NCBI GenBank assembly: GCA_965217775.1
Contig: CBDCJH010000002.1
Location: 2,592,001-2,656,000, forward strand
Reading direction: 5' to 3'
Origin: Acidobacteriota bacterium
Lineage (GTDB): Bacteria; Acidobacteriota; UBA6911; RPQK01; JAJDTT01
Length of the DNA stretch: 64,000 bases
This document shows, in pieces, positions 1-11,400 of this stretch (positions within the stretch are counted from its first letter, which is position 1; each line of letters starts with the position of its first letter). The position numbers and the translations under genes are program-made. A model generated the notes under the pieces. The model made no database searches. It was given only the letters and a program-made list of their open reading frames with translations, and had not been told where the DNA came from.

Positions 1-3000
1 GATTGAATCCCGGCGTATAGCTCACCCTTACCGTCTCGCCGACCGTCACCGTCGAGGCCAGCCTCAAGGTGACGCTGTTTCCCCTTACCCGGACCTGGTC
101 CACCGTTCGATCATCCCCGGCCACCGTCACCGCGAAATCGAACCGCGATGGTGTCGAACCCTCATCCAGCGCCTCGTCGTAGGTCAGCGCCACCCGCGAG
201 CCATGCACCGTCACGCCCTCCAGCCCCGGCACGCTCGCATCCACCTTGTGGTCCGCCTCCGTCTCCACCGCTTCGTAACTCCGCGCCGCCGGGTTGTCCG
301 ACAGATCCAGGATCTTTCCTCCATTGAGCGCGATGCTCCCGCGCGGGACGCTCACTCCGTCCTCGTCCTCGTCTCCCTTCTCCACCGTGTAGACGAACAC
401 CACCGCCGGCCGGTCCGGCCCCACACTGGCGCTGGCCCGCTTCCGCCGGGTCCCCACCAGCAGGTCCAGCGTCGGCGTTCCGCGAATGGTGTCCACCGTC
501 ACCGTCTCGTCGTACCGCACCGTCACCGAGATCATGTCGTCGACCGCGTAGGTCTCGTCCGTTCCCGGGTCCGAGCTGATCTCGATCCCTTCGATCGACG
601 GCGCCGTCGTGTCCGGCGTCCGGTTGTCCACGAACTGGTCTCTGAAGGCTTCGGCATCGTTGCCGATCGCATCCTGGATCGGATTCGATCGCGGCTCGTA
701 GCTCACCCGGATCCCCGTCTCTCCATGTTCCGCCGCCGGGTTCACCGTCAGCCGAATCTCACTCCCGGTCACCCGAACCCGGGTCACGGTGCGCGTCTCG
801 TTGCCTCCCTCCACGGTGAAGTCGCTCGTCGCTGGTCGTGAGGACGTATTCAGGGGTTCGTTGTAGGTCAGCGTCAGTGTCGCGCCGTTGACCACCACCG
901 GATCGGTCAGCGCCAGGACCGGGGCGACCGCGTCCACTTTGTGGCTGGAGCTGGCCGCCACGGCCTCATGGTCCAAGGTGGCGTCATTGCCGGCGCCGTC
1001 CCGGATCGTCCCTCCGACTCGCGACAGCCGGTTCGACTCGATGCTCACTCCATCCTCGTCGTTGTCATCCGTGACCACCCGGTAGGCGAATTTCACGGCC
1101 CGGTTCGAGACGCTCCTGTATTCCGCCGTTCGGCTTCGGCTGCCCACGTCCAGGGTCAGTTCCGGCGTTCCGGTGATCACCACCGTCTCGTCGAACGTCA
1201 CCGTCACTTCGATGGTCTCGTCCACGCCGTAGGTCCGATCCGACCCTGCACTCGAGGTGATCCGAACCGTCGTTACTTCCGGTCCCTCCGTGTCTCCCGT
1301 CCGGTTCGTGACGCTCTTGTTGCTCAACCGGTCCGCGTCGTTGCCTGTGGTGTCCTGAATCGGATTCGATCCCGGCTCGTAGTTCACCCGGAGGCCGCTC
1401 TCTCTGTCCGCGACGGCCGGACTCAGGGTCAGGAACACCGCGCTTCCGCTGACCCGGACTCCGGTGACCGTCCGGGTTTCACTCCCGCCTGTCACGGTGA
1501 AGTCGTCCGTCGCCGGGACCGGAGAGGAATCCAAAGGCTCGCCGTAGGCCAGCGTCAGCGTCCTCCCGTTCACGACCGCTCCTTCGCTGGTCGCCAGTGT
1601 GGGCTTGACTCCATCCACCTGGTGCCGGGAATCGGCCGCTACCGGCGCGTGGTTCAGCACGGCGTTGTTCCGGGCGCCGTCGTGGATCGTGCCGCCGGAC
1701 AGGCGGTTCGCCTCGATGCTCACCCCGTAAGCAGCACTGTCGCCGGAGACCACCTGGTATTCGAACCTCACGGCGGCCCCCGTGATGTCCTGGTAGTTGG
1801 CTGTCCGGCTCCGGCCGCCCAGGTTCAACGAAAGCCGGGGCGTCCCCGTCACCACCACCGTCTCGTTGAAGGTCACCGTCACTTCGATGGTCTCGCCGGC
1901 CGCGTAGGTCCGGTCCGACCCTGCATTGGAGGTGATCCGCACCGTCTCCACGGTCGGCCCCGCCGTGTCCCCCGTGCGGTTCGTGACCGGTCGGTTGTTC
2001 AGCTCGTCCGCGGCGTTCCCCACCGGGTCCTCGATCGGATTCCCCCCCGGCTGGTAGCTCAACCGGAGGCCGCTCTCCCCGTCCGTTACGGCCGGGTTCA
2101 ACGTCAGCAGGACCGCGCTTCCGCTCACCTGGACCCGAGTGACCGTTCGGGCCTCACTCCCCCCGGTCACGGTGAAGGCGCTCGCCGCCGGCCTTGAGGA
2201 GGAGTTCAGCGGTTCGCTGTAGGCCAGCGTCAGCGTCGTCCCGTTCACCACCGCCCCGTCCGTCGTGGCCAGCACTGGGAGGATCCCGTCCACCTGGTGC
2301 CGCGCATCGACCGCCACCGCCGCGTGGTCCAAGGTGGCGTCATTCTGGGCGCCGTCGCGGATCGTCCCCGCACCGCGCGACAGGCTGTCCGCCTCGATGC
2401 TCACTCCGTCCCCGTCGTTGTCACCCGGGACCACCCGGTAGGCGAACTTCACTGCCTGGCTCATGACACTTCGGAAGTTCGCCGTTCGACTCCGACCGTC
2501 TAGGTTCAGGGTCAATTGCGGTGTCCCCGTCACCACCACCGTCTCGTCGAACGTCACCGTCACTTCGATGGTCTCGTCCACGCCGTAGGTCCGGTCCGAC
2601 CCCGCACTCGAGGTGATCCGCACCGTCGACACGGCCGGTCCCGTCGTGTCTCCCGTCCGGTTCGTGACGCTCTTGTTGCTCAACCGGTCCGCGTCGTTGC
2701 CGGCGGTGTCCTGAATCGGATTCGATCCCGGCTCGTAGTTCACCCGGAGGCGGCTCTCTCCGTCCGTGACGGCCGAACTCAGCGTCAGGAACACCGCGCT
2801 TCCGCTGACCCGGACTCCGGTGACCGTCGGCGTCTCACTCCCTCCCGTCACGGTGAAGTCGTCCGTCACCGGCACCGAAGAGGAATCCAACGGCTCACCG
2901 TAGGCCAGCGTCAGCGTCGTGCCGCTGGCCACCGCTCCGTCGGACGTCGCCAGCGTGGGCTTGATCCCATCCACCTGGTGCCGGGAATCGGCCGCCACCG

Positions 3001-5400
3001 GCGCATGGCTCAGCACGGCGTTGTTCCGGGCGCCGTCCCGGATCGTGCCGCCGGACAGGTGGTTCGCCTCGAGGCTCACCCCGTAGGCGGCACTGTCGCC
3101 CGAGACCACCTGGTATTCGAACCTCACGGCGGCCCCCGTGACGTCCTGGTAGTTGGCCGTCCGGTTCCGGCCGCCCAGGTTCAGCGTCAACCGCGGCGTC
3201 CCCGTCACCACCACCGTCTCGTTGAACGTCACCGTCACTTCGATGGTCTCGCCGGCCGCGTAGGTCCGGTCCGACCCCGCATTGGAGGTGATCCTCACCG
3301 TCTCGACCGTCGGCCCCGTCGAGTCACCCGTGCGGTTCGTGACTGGTCGGTTGTTCAGCTCGTCCGCGGCGTTGCCCACCACGTCCTCGATGGGGTTCCC
3401 CCCCGGCTGGTAGTTCAACCGGAGGCCGCTCTCTATGTCCGTTACGGCCGGGTTCAACATCAACAGGACCGCGCTTCCGCTCACCTGCACCCGAGTGACC
3501 GTTCGGGCCTCACTCCCCCCGGTCACGGTAAAGGCGCTCGTCGCTGGTCGAGATGACGACCTCAGCGGCTCGCTGTAGGCCAGCGTCAGAGTCGTTCCGT
3601 TCGCCACCGCCCCGTCCGTAGTGGCCAGCACCGGAGGCACCCCGTCCACTTTGTGCCGGGAATCGGCCGCCACCGCCGCGTGGTCGAGCTGCGCGTTATT
3701 CCGGGCGGCGTCCCGGATCATCCCTCCACCGCGCGACAGGCTGTCGGCATCGATACTCACGCCGTCCCGGTCGTTGTCGCTCCGGGCGACCCTGTACTCG
3801 AACTTCACGGCCGCCCCCGTGACACTCAGGTAGTCGGCCGTTCGATTCCGGCCGCCCACGTTCAGCGTCAGCCGCGGGGTTCCCGTCACCACCACCGTTT
3901 CGTCGAACGTCACCGTCACCTCGATGGGATCTTCCACCGCGTAGGTCCGATCCGAACCCGCATTGGAGGTGATCCTCACCATCTCGACCGTCGGTCCCCC
4001 CGTATCGCCTGTGTTGTTGGTGACGCTCTTGTTGATCAACCGGTCCGCATCGTTGCCGGCCGTGTCCTGAATTGGGCTCGCGCTCGCCCCGGTCGGCACC
4101 GTATAGCTCACCCGCAGGCCCGTCTCCCAGTGCTCCACCGCCGGAGTCAGGGTCAGCTCCACCGAGTTCCCGCTCACCCGGACTCCGGTGACCGCCCTCG
4201 TCTCGCTCCCCCCCGTCACGGTGAAAGCATCGTTCCCCGGCGCCGAGGATGTGTCCAGAGGCTCACTGTAGGCCAGCGTCAGCATCGTTCCGTTCGCGAC
4301 GGCGCCGTCGGTGTTCGCCAGTACGGGTTTGATGCCGTCCACCTGCTGCCCGGTGTCGGCCGCCACCGCCGTATGGGTCAGGACGGCATGGTTCCCTGCG
4401 GTATCCCGGATCGTCCCGCTGCCTCGCGACAGGCTGTCCGCCTCGATGTTCACGCCGTCCGTGTCGCTGTCGTTGGTAGCCACGGTGTAGGCAAAGATCA
4501 CCACCGCACCCGTGACACTCTCGTAGTTCGCCGATCGATTCCGTTCTCCCACCTTCAGCGTCACCCGGGGCGTCCCCGTCACCAGGACCGTCTCGCTGAA
4601 GGTCACCGTCACCTCGATCTCCTCGCCGATGCCGTAGAGGTCCCGCCCGTCCGGGGGATCCGACGTGATCTCCACCGAGATGACCGTCGGCGGGATTCGG
4701 TCCGGAGTCTCGTTCGTCACGGGCGCGCCGCTCAGCCGGTCCGCATCGTTGCCCGCCCGGTCCTGAATCGGCGTCGCCCCCATCCCGGCCGGGACCGTGT
4801 AGCCGACCCGGATCCCCGTCTCCCAATGCGCCACCGCGGAGGACAGAGTCAGATCCACCGCACTTCCCCTCAACGCAACATTGGAGACCGTGCGGGACGA
4901 AGACCCCCCCGATACGAAGAAGGCGCTGGACGGCGGCGTTGACGTCGAGTCCAGAGGCTCGGTATAGGTCAGCGTCAGCGTCGAACCGTCCACGACCGCT
5001 CCATCGTTGGCGGCCAACTCCGGCTTGATGCCGTCCACTTTGTGGCGTGATTGGGTCCCCAGCGCGCGATGATCCAGGTCGGCCTCGTTGTCCGAGTCGT
5101 CCTTGATCGTGCCGCCGTTGAACGACAGGCTGTCCGCCGCGATGCTCACTCCGTTGGTGTCGATGTCACCGGTGACCACCTGGTAGCGGAACAGGACTTC
5201 CGCGTCCGTGACGCTGTCGTAGTCCGCCGTTCGATCCTGGTCTCCCACCCTCAGTGTCAACTGCGGCGTCCCGGTCACGAAGACGTCCTCGCTGAAGGTC
5301 ATCGTCACCTCGATCACATCCCTGATCGCGTAGGTTGAATCGGATCCCGCATCCGACGTGATCTCCAGCTTGCTGACGGTCGGCTCCGTCGTATCCGGAA
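1..5400 (-). repeat. Intragenic tandem repeat stalk (~680-bp units, ~1356-bp higher-order period), SwmB-like plus Ig-like units
   Basis: Recurring ITSxAGSDRTY..IEVTVTFxETVVVTGTP and AVVNGxTLTLAYSEPL motifs; matching antisense ORFs start at 941 and 2297 (1356 bp apart). Confidence 0.85.
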
Positions 5401-8400
5401 TCGCGACGACCACTGAAACCCGCGCACTGCGGCTCGCTTCGCCTCCATTGATCACGGCTGCCACCTGATAGACGTAGGTGGCGCCGACGGTCACGTCGGT
5501 ATCGACGTATGAGCGTCTTGAAGTGTTTTCAGAGATGATTTTGACGGTAGTTCCAGAGGTGCGGTAGAGGTTGTAGGTCACACCGGAAACGGCGGACCAA
5601 GTCAGCGTGACCTGATCCAGTGCAGGGGTCGCCATCAGGGCCGGACCGATACGAATCTGCTGGCCGAACTCCTGCCAGGTGGCTCCCCCGACCCCATTCG
5701 TGTCCACCGAAAGAACCGGATACTGGCTGGACGTCCCAAAGTCCCAGGGGGCGTCGTTCACACTGTCGCCGTCCAGATCCAGGTCCCAGGTTTGATAAAT
5801 CCCACTGTAATCGGTGGGTTCCTGCAACGCTGACGTCGTCCGGCCGGTTCCCGCCGCGCTGCTCGACAGGCCGGAGGTGACCGTGTCCCAGTAGCTGGCG
5901 GTGACGGTGGCGTTATCGGGGGAGCACTCGGTCGACCCGATCAGCCCGCCGATGTTGCTGCCACCCGAGACGGTCCCGGTGGCGTAGCCGGCTGCGAGCG
6001 AGCCGCAATGGAGTCCGATCAACCCGCCGACGTCGTCACCGCCCGAGACCCGGCCGGTCGCATAGCTGGCGCCAATCGTGCCACGATTGTGTCCGACCAG
6101 CCCGCCGACCCACCTGTCTCCCCCCGTCACGCGCGCGGTGGAATAGCTGGCACTGATCCGCCCGCTCTCCCACGTGGATCCGACCAGCCCGCCGACCCAC
6201 CTGTTCCCCGCCACGTGGCCCGTCACGTAGCTGGAGTGGATTTCACCACCATTGAGCTGGCTGACCAGCCCACCGACCCACGCACCGCCCGACAGATAGA
6301 CATCGATCAGCCCCACCCGGCGGATGACGCCACCGTTTCCTCCGAACAAGCCTGCGGAGAATTCGCGGCTGAACAGGTTTCTTATGGTGTGGCCGTTGCC
6401 CTCGAAAATTGCGTATAGGGGAGAACCGACCTTGCCGATCGGCTTCCACCCGCTTCCGGACCGCCAGTAAAGATCACCCGCCTCCACCCACCCGTCGCCA
6501 TTGGTGTCGAAGTCCAGATCTGTCTCCAGCTCGTACCCGGCGCATCCATCGCCGGTCGGACACCCCATTCCGGTGGCGGCGACGGGAAACGCGCTCGCAT
6601 AGCTTGCCGTCCCCGACTGGATCGGGACACCGTCCCCGTCCAGATCATGCCGCACCGCATCCAACTGCGCCCAGTTCACGATCTCGATCAGTCCGTCATT
6701 GTCGACATCGTAGTCGAAGCCGGTCCCTGTCCACACCAAGACCTGAAAGCGCAGAGTGACGCTCGTATTCGAGCCCCCGGTATCGGTCGCCGTTACCGTG
6801 ATCGTGGTCCGACCCTGAGCGATCGGCGTAATCGTCACCTGAGAGCCCGACACGCTCACCGTCGCCGCGGCCACATCCGAGGAGGACGCCGCATAGGTCA
6901 ACGAATCATCCAGATCCGAGAAAGCCCCCGCTACGTCGACGACCTCCGTGGTGCCCACTTGGAGCGCGCGATCCGGAAGCTCACCCACCACGAGGGGCGG
7001 CTGATTAGCTATGCCCGCGATGACTTTCACGAGCGCGCTACGGGTCGCTGCCCCGCCAGACACCAAGGCGGCCACCTGGTACGTGTAGGAAGCGCCGGCG
7101 GTCACGGCCGTGTCGGTGTACTGTAGCCTCGCGAGATTCGGCGCCAGGATCTTCACCGTCGTGCCGTCGTCACGGATCAGGGCGTAGGCGAGGTTCGGAG
7201 CCGGGCTCCAGGGACTCGTATCCGCGGCGGTCCACGTCAGGACTACCCCCTGCCCCAGACTCGTCGACGCCGTCAGTACCGGCCCGGCCCGCACCTGGTA
7301 GCCGAATTCCTGCCACGTCGCCTCCCCGTTCCCGTCGAAGTCGGCCACCAGGGCCGGGTACTGGGTACTCGTGCCGAAGTCCCAAGGATCGTCGGCCTCG
7401 GTGTCGCCGTCCAGATCCAGGTTCCAGGTCTGATAGATGCCGCCGAATTCCGTAGGCGCCTGTAGCTCGGTCGTGGTGCGGCCGCCTGGACCAATCGAAT
7501 GCCCGGAGGTGCGCATGTCCCAGTAGCTCGCCGTTTGGGTTGAGAGGAGGTGCGCCGCTCCGACCAGCCCCCCGACGTTCTCATCGCCCCGAACGAGGCC
7601 CGTCGCGTAGCTGGCGGTGATCGTGCTCGCGCCGAAGTTGGAGCCGACCAGCCCCCCGACGTTCTCGGTCCCCTCAACCTGTCCGGTCGCGTAGCTGGCC
7701 GTGATGTTGCTCCGGTTGTACCCGACCAGCCCCCCGACGTCCTCGGTCCCCTCAACCTGCCCGGTCGCGTAGCTGGCCGTGATCGGGCCGGAGCTGTGGC
7801 CGGCCAGCCCGCCGACTCTCCCGGTCCCCTCAACCTGTCCGGTCGCGTAGCTGGTCGTGATCGGGCCGAGGCTGCGCCCAACCAGTCCGCCGACTCTCCC
7901 GGTCCCCTCAACCTGTCCGGTTGCAAAGCTGGCCGTGAGATCGCTGGTGCTGGTGTTGAGCCCGACCAGGACGCCCACGTTGTCACGTCCCGACACCTGC
8001 GCAGTGGAATAGCTGCCGGTGATGGCTGAATGGGACTCGTCGTTGTAGAAGAACACGCCGCTGCGCCCAACCAGCCCGCCGACATAGTCATCCCCCGACA
8101 CGCTGCCCGTCACGAAACTGTCGCTGACCTCTCCGTCACTGCTGTAGCCGACCAGCCCGCCGACATACGAACCGCCCGTCACGTCGGCATCGAGCAGTCC
8201 GACCCCGCGGACGACACCGTCGCGGATCCGCCCGAACAGCCCTACGGGATAGAAGTCGTCGCTGGAATCGATAAACTCGAGGAACAGGTTGCCGACGGTA
8301 TTCCCGTTGCCGTCGAAAGTCGCCGTGAACGCATTGAAGGCATCACCAACGGGCTCCCAGCCGTCGCCGTCGTTCCAGTAGTCGTCACCTGAGTCGACGT

Positions 8401-11400
8401 CTCCATCCTCGTCGGTGTCGAAATCCAGGTCCGCCGTCAACTCGTAGCCGATGCATCCGGCCGGGCATCCCATGTCCCAACTGCCCTCGACGAACGCCGC
8501 GTGGTACTGTCTCCAGTCGGCCGGCTCGTCCGCCAGACCGTCACCGTCGAGGTCGTAGCGCATGGCATCGAGTTGCGCCAGATTGCCGACGTCGATGAGA
8601 CCGTCGTCATCCAAGTCGTAGTCGCGATTGCCCACCGTAACCGTGACTGCGAAGGTCTGCACGGCAATCAAACCCTCGGGATCGGTCGCGACCGCCGTCA
8701 CCACCATGCGGCCGGGAGAGAGTGGCGTCACCGTGAACGAGGTCCCCGTCAGTGCACCGACGGACAGCCTCTCGTTGTCGCTCGACCACGCCATGTAGGT
8801 CAACGTGTCGTCGTCCGGATCGCCAAAGACATTCGCCAAATCGATGGTTACAGCGGCGGCACCCGGGGCGAATGTCCGGTCGGCCACTGAGTTCTCCACG
8901 GTCGGCGCCCGATTGCGGTCCGCCACGGCGACATCCACCCCATCGACCGCACCGGGCGCCATCACGATGCCGGCGCCGGAGTCTCTGTCGACGCCGGTCG
9001 CCTCGATGTCGAGCGCCGACCCGGTCATGGCCGTGCGGAGGTCGTCCTGCGTGACGTTGGCCGATCCGCCGGCCGCTTCCAGCATCAAGGCTCCAATCGC
9101 CGCCGCGTGCGGCGCCGCCGCCGAGGTTCCGAAGAACGTCGAAAAGCCGGGAGTCGAAGTCGAGACCCCGTCGGCCGCGGTCAGGTCCGGTTTCTGCAAC
9201 ACCCGCCCGCCGGTGGACGAGAAGTTCCCCGGCGTGATCGGCGTGCCGTCGGCCTCGAAGAAGATCCGCCGGGGCCCGTCCGAGCTGAATGTTTCGACCG
9301 ACTCCGTGCCGTCGAAGACGCCGTCTGCGCCGCCCGCATCCCCGACATCGACTGCGGCCACGCCAATCGCATCCTGTGCGGCCGAATGGCCGAAGGTCCG
9401 GCCGGCTGTGGTGAACGCCAAGCCTCCTCGCGTGTAGGTGATACGCAGATAGCGGTCTTCCGCGCCGGCGTTCTTGACGATGACGAGGCGGGTGCCCCTG
9501 CGATCAGGGGAACATGAACTCAGGATGAATTCGATGGGGTCCTGCGCCCCGTCCTGGGTAGCCGTCGAGCTGGCAAGGACGTTGTTTTCCGCATCGATCA
9601 GGAACAGATCGTAGTCGTTGGCCGACCCACCGACCGGATCGGACCATTGCAGAACGATGGAGCGGGTGCTGTCCTTCGTGATCTCGTTCCCGGTCACGCC
9701 GCCGCCGAAGTCGTGGACGACGTCGCCGGCGCCGACGCCGCTCAGGTTCAGCGCCGGTCCCGCGGCAAAGTCGCCCTCCCAGACACTGGCTGTGCCGTCG
9801 TTCTTGTTGCCACCGTTGCCGGTCGACGAGAAGTAGTGACAGCCGTTGGCGGCCGCCGTGCTGACCGCCTGGGCGATGATGTCGTCCTGGAAGGGCGACA
9901 ACCCCGTATATCCGATGTCGTCGACGATGATGTCGGCGCCGGACTCGCAGAGGTCCTCGATGTTCTGCGCCATCTGCGCCGGCCCGGCGCCGCCGTCGGC
10001 GAAAAACAGCTCGGCGCCCGGCGCCAGATCGTGGACGATCTCGAGTAACGCCGTCCCCTCGGTGCCCGAGGTCCTGTCGCCGCAGGTCAATGGAAACGAG
10101 CCGCCCTCCTGTCCGGGCAGGACCGTGACCCGCGCCGGCACGTCGCCCGTCGCCTGCTGGTCGGCGAGGGTGTCGACGCCGTCCGAGATCACGCCGACGC
10201 CAATACCCGTGCCGTCCACGTCGTACGTGCTGCGCGCCACGTCCGCCCGGTGGGCGACGTCGCCCTCGGAGGTGTCGTCCTTGCGAAACACTGGAATGTC
10301 ATTCAGGCGGGTCCGGACACTCGATGAATTACGCTTCGTCCCGCCTCCCACGATCGGCTCTTCGGCCGGACGGATTGTCCGGACCGCGTCGAGTTCGGCC
10401 AGCGTTTCGACGGCAGCGAGCGGAAGTCGCGCTCGGATGGCCCGGTACTTCGGTACGCTGTTGATGACCTCGCCGCCCAGATCCCGGATGCGGTCGAGGA
10501 CTGCCGGCGTGACGTCGGCCCGGATGTCCACCATCACCCGTTCTTCTTTGGCTTCCGGATCCGTCGCTTGGAGCCGGCCGATCCCGGCCGCCTTTGGTTT
10601 CCGCCGCGGGTTTCGCCGCTCCTCCAGAAGCTGCGAACTCACCTTCCGTTGAGCAGGCGTCCGGCGGACCTTGGCCGATAGCAGGGATTGAATCTGCCGC
10701 ACGGCGCTCGCCGGCAGCCGGCCGCCCGCCTGGTTCGTCACCGCCTGATCGGTGAACGCGATGGACTCGTTGCCCCCCGGGTCCCGGCCCTCCGGAGGAT
10801 TCGAGTTGATCTCGACCTCTCGCACCGCAGGACCGGCCGCCACGTTCACCGGAATAGGCTCGGGCTCGAGTCCTCCACCGGTGACTGCCGCGCGGAGTTC
10901 TTCCAGCGAGGTGTTGTGGGCGCCACCGGCCGCCTCCAGGGTCAGGGCCACCAGTGCCGCGACCTGCGGAGGGGGCGCCGAGCTGACGCAGAAGGTCGCG
11001 AAATCCGGATTGGCCGCAGTCACGCACGTCGCCCCTGCCGAATCCCCGTTGGTCGAGAGATCGTCCGGTATCGGCGGCGCCGGGTCTGGAGCAAATTCGC
11101 CTTCCCTGACTCTGGAATGGACTGGGTTGCCCTGAGCAGAGACGTAGACGCAACCATTGCGGACCGCCGCTTGGACCGCCTGGGCCATGAGGCCGCCCTG
11201 ATGAATCGTCTCCTGATGGTCGAAGAGGTCGTCGACGATGACGTCCGCCCCGGCTCGGCAGAGTGCCGCGAGGTTGGCTGCGAACCGCGCCGGTCCGCCC
11301 AGGCCGGTCGCGAAGTAGAGCTCGCCGCCCGGGGCCAGGTCGCGGAGGATCGAAAGGGTCGCCGTCCCGTCGTCCCCTTCTCCCGCCTGGCCCGGAAGCA

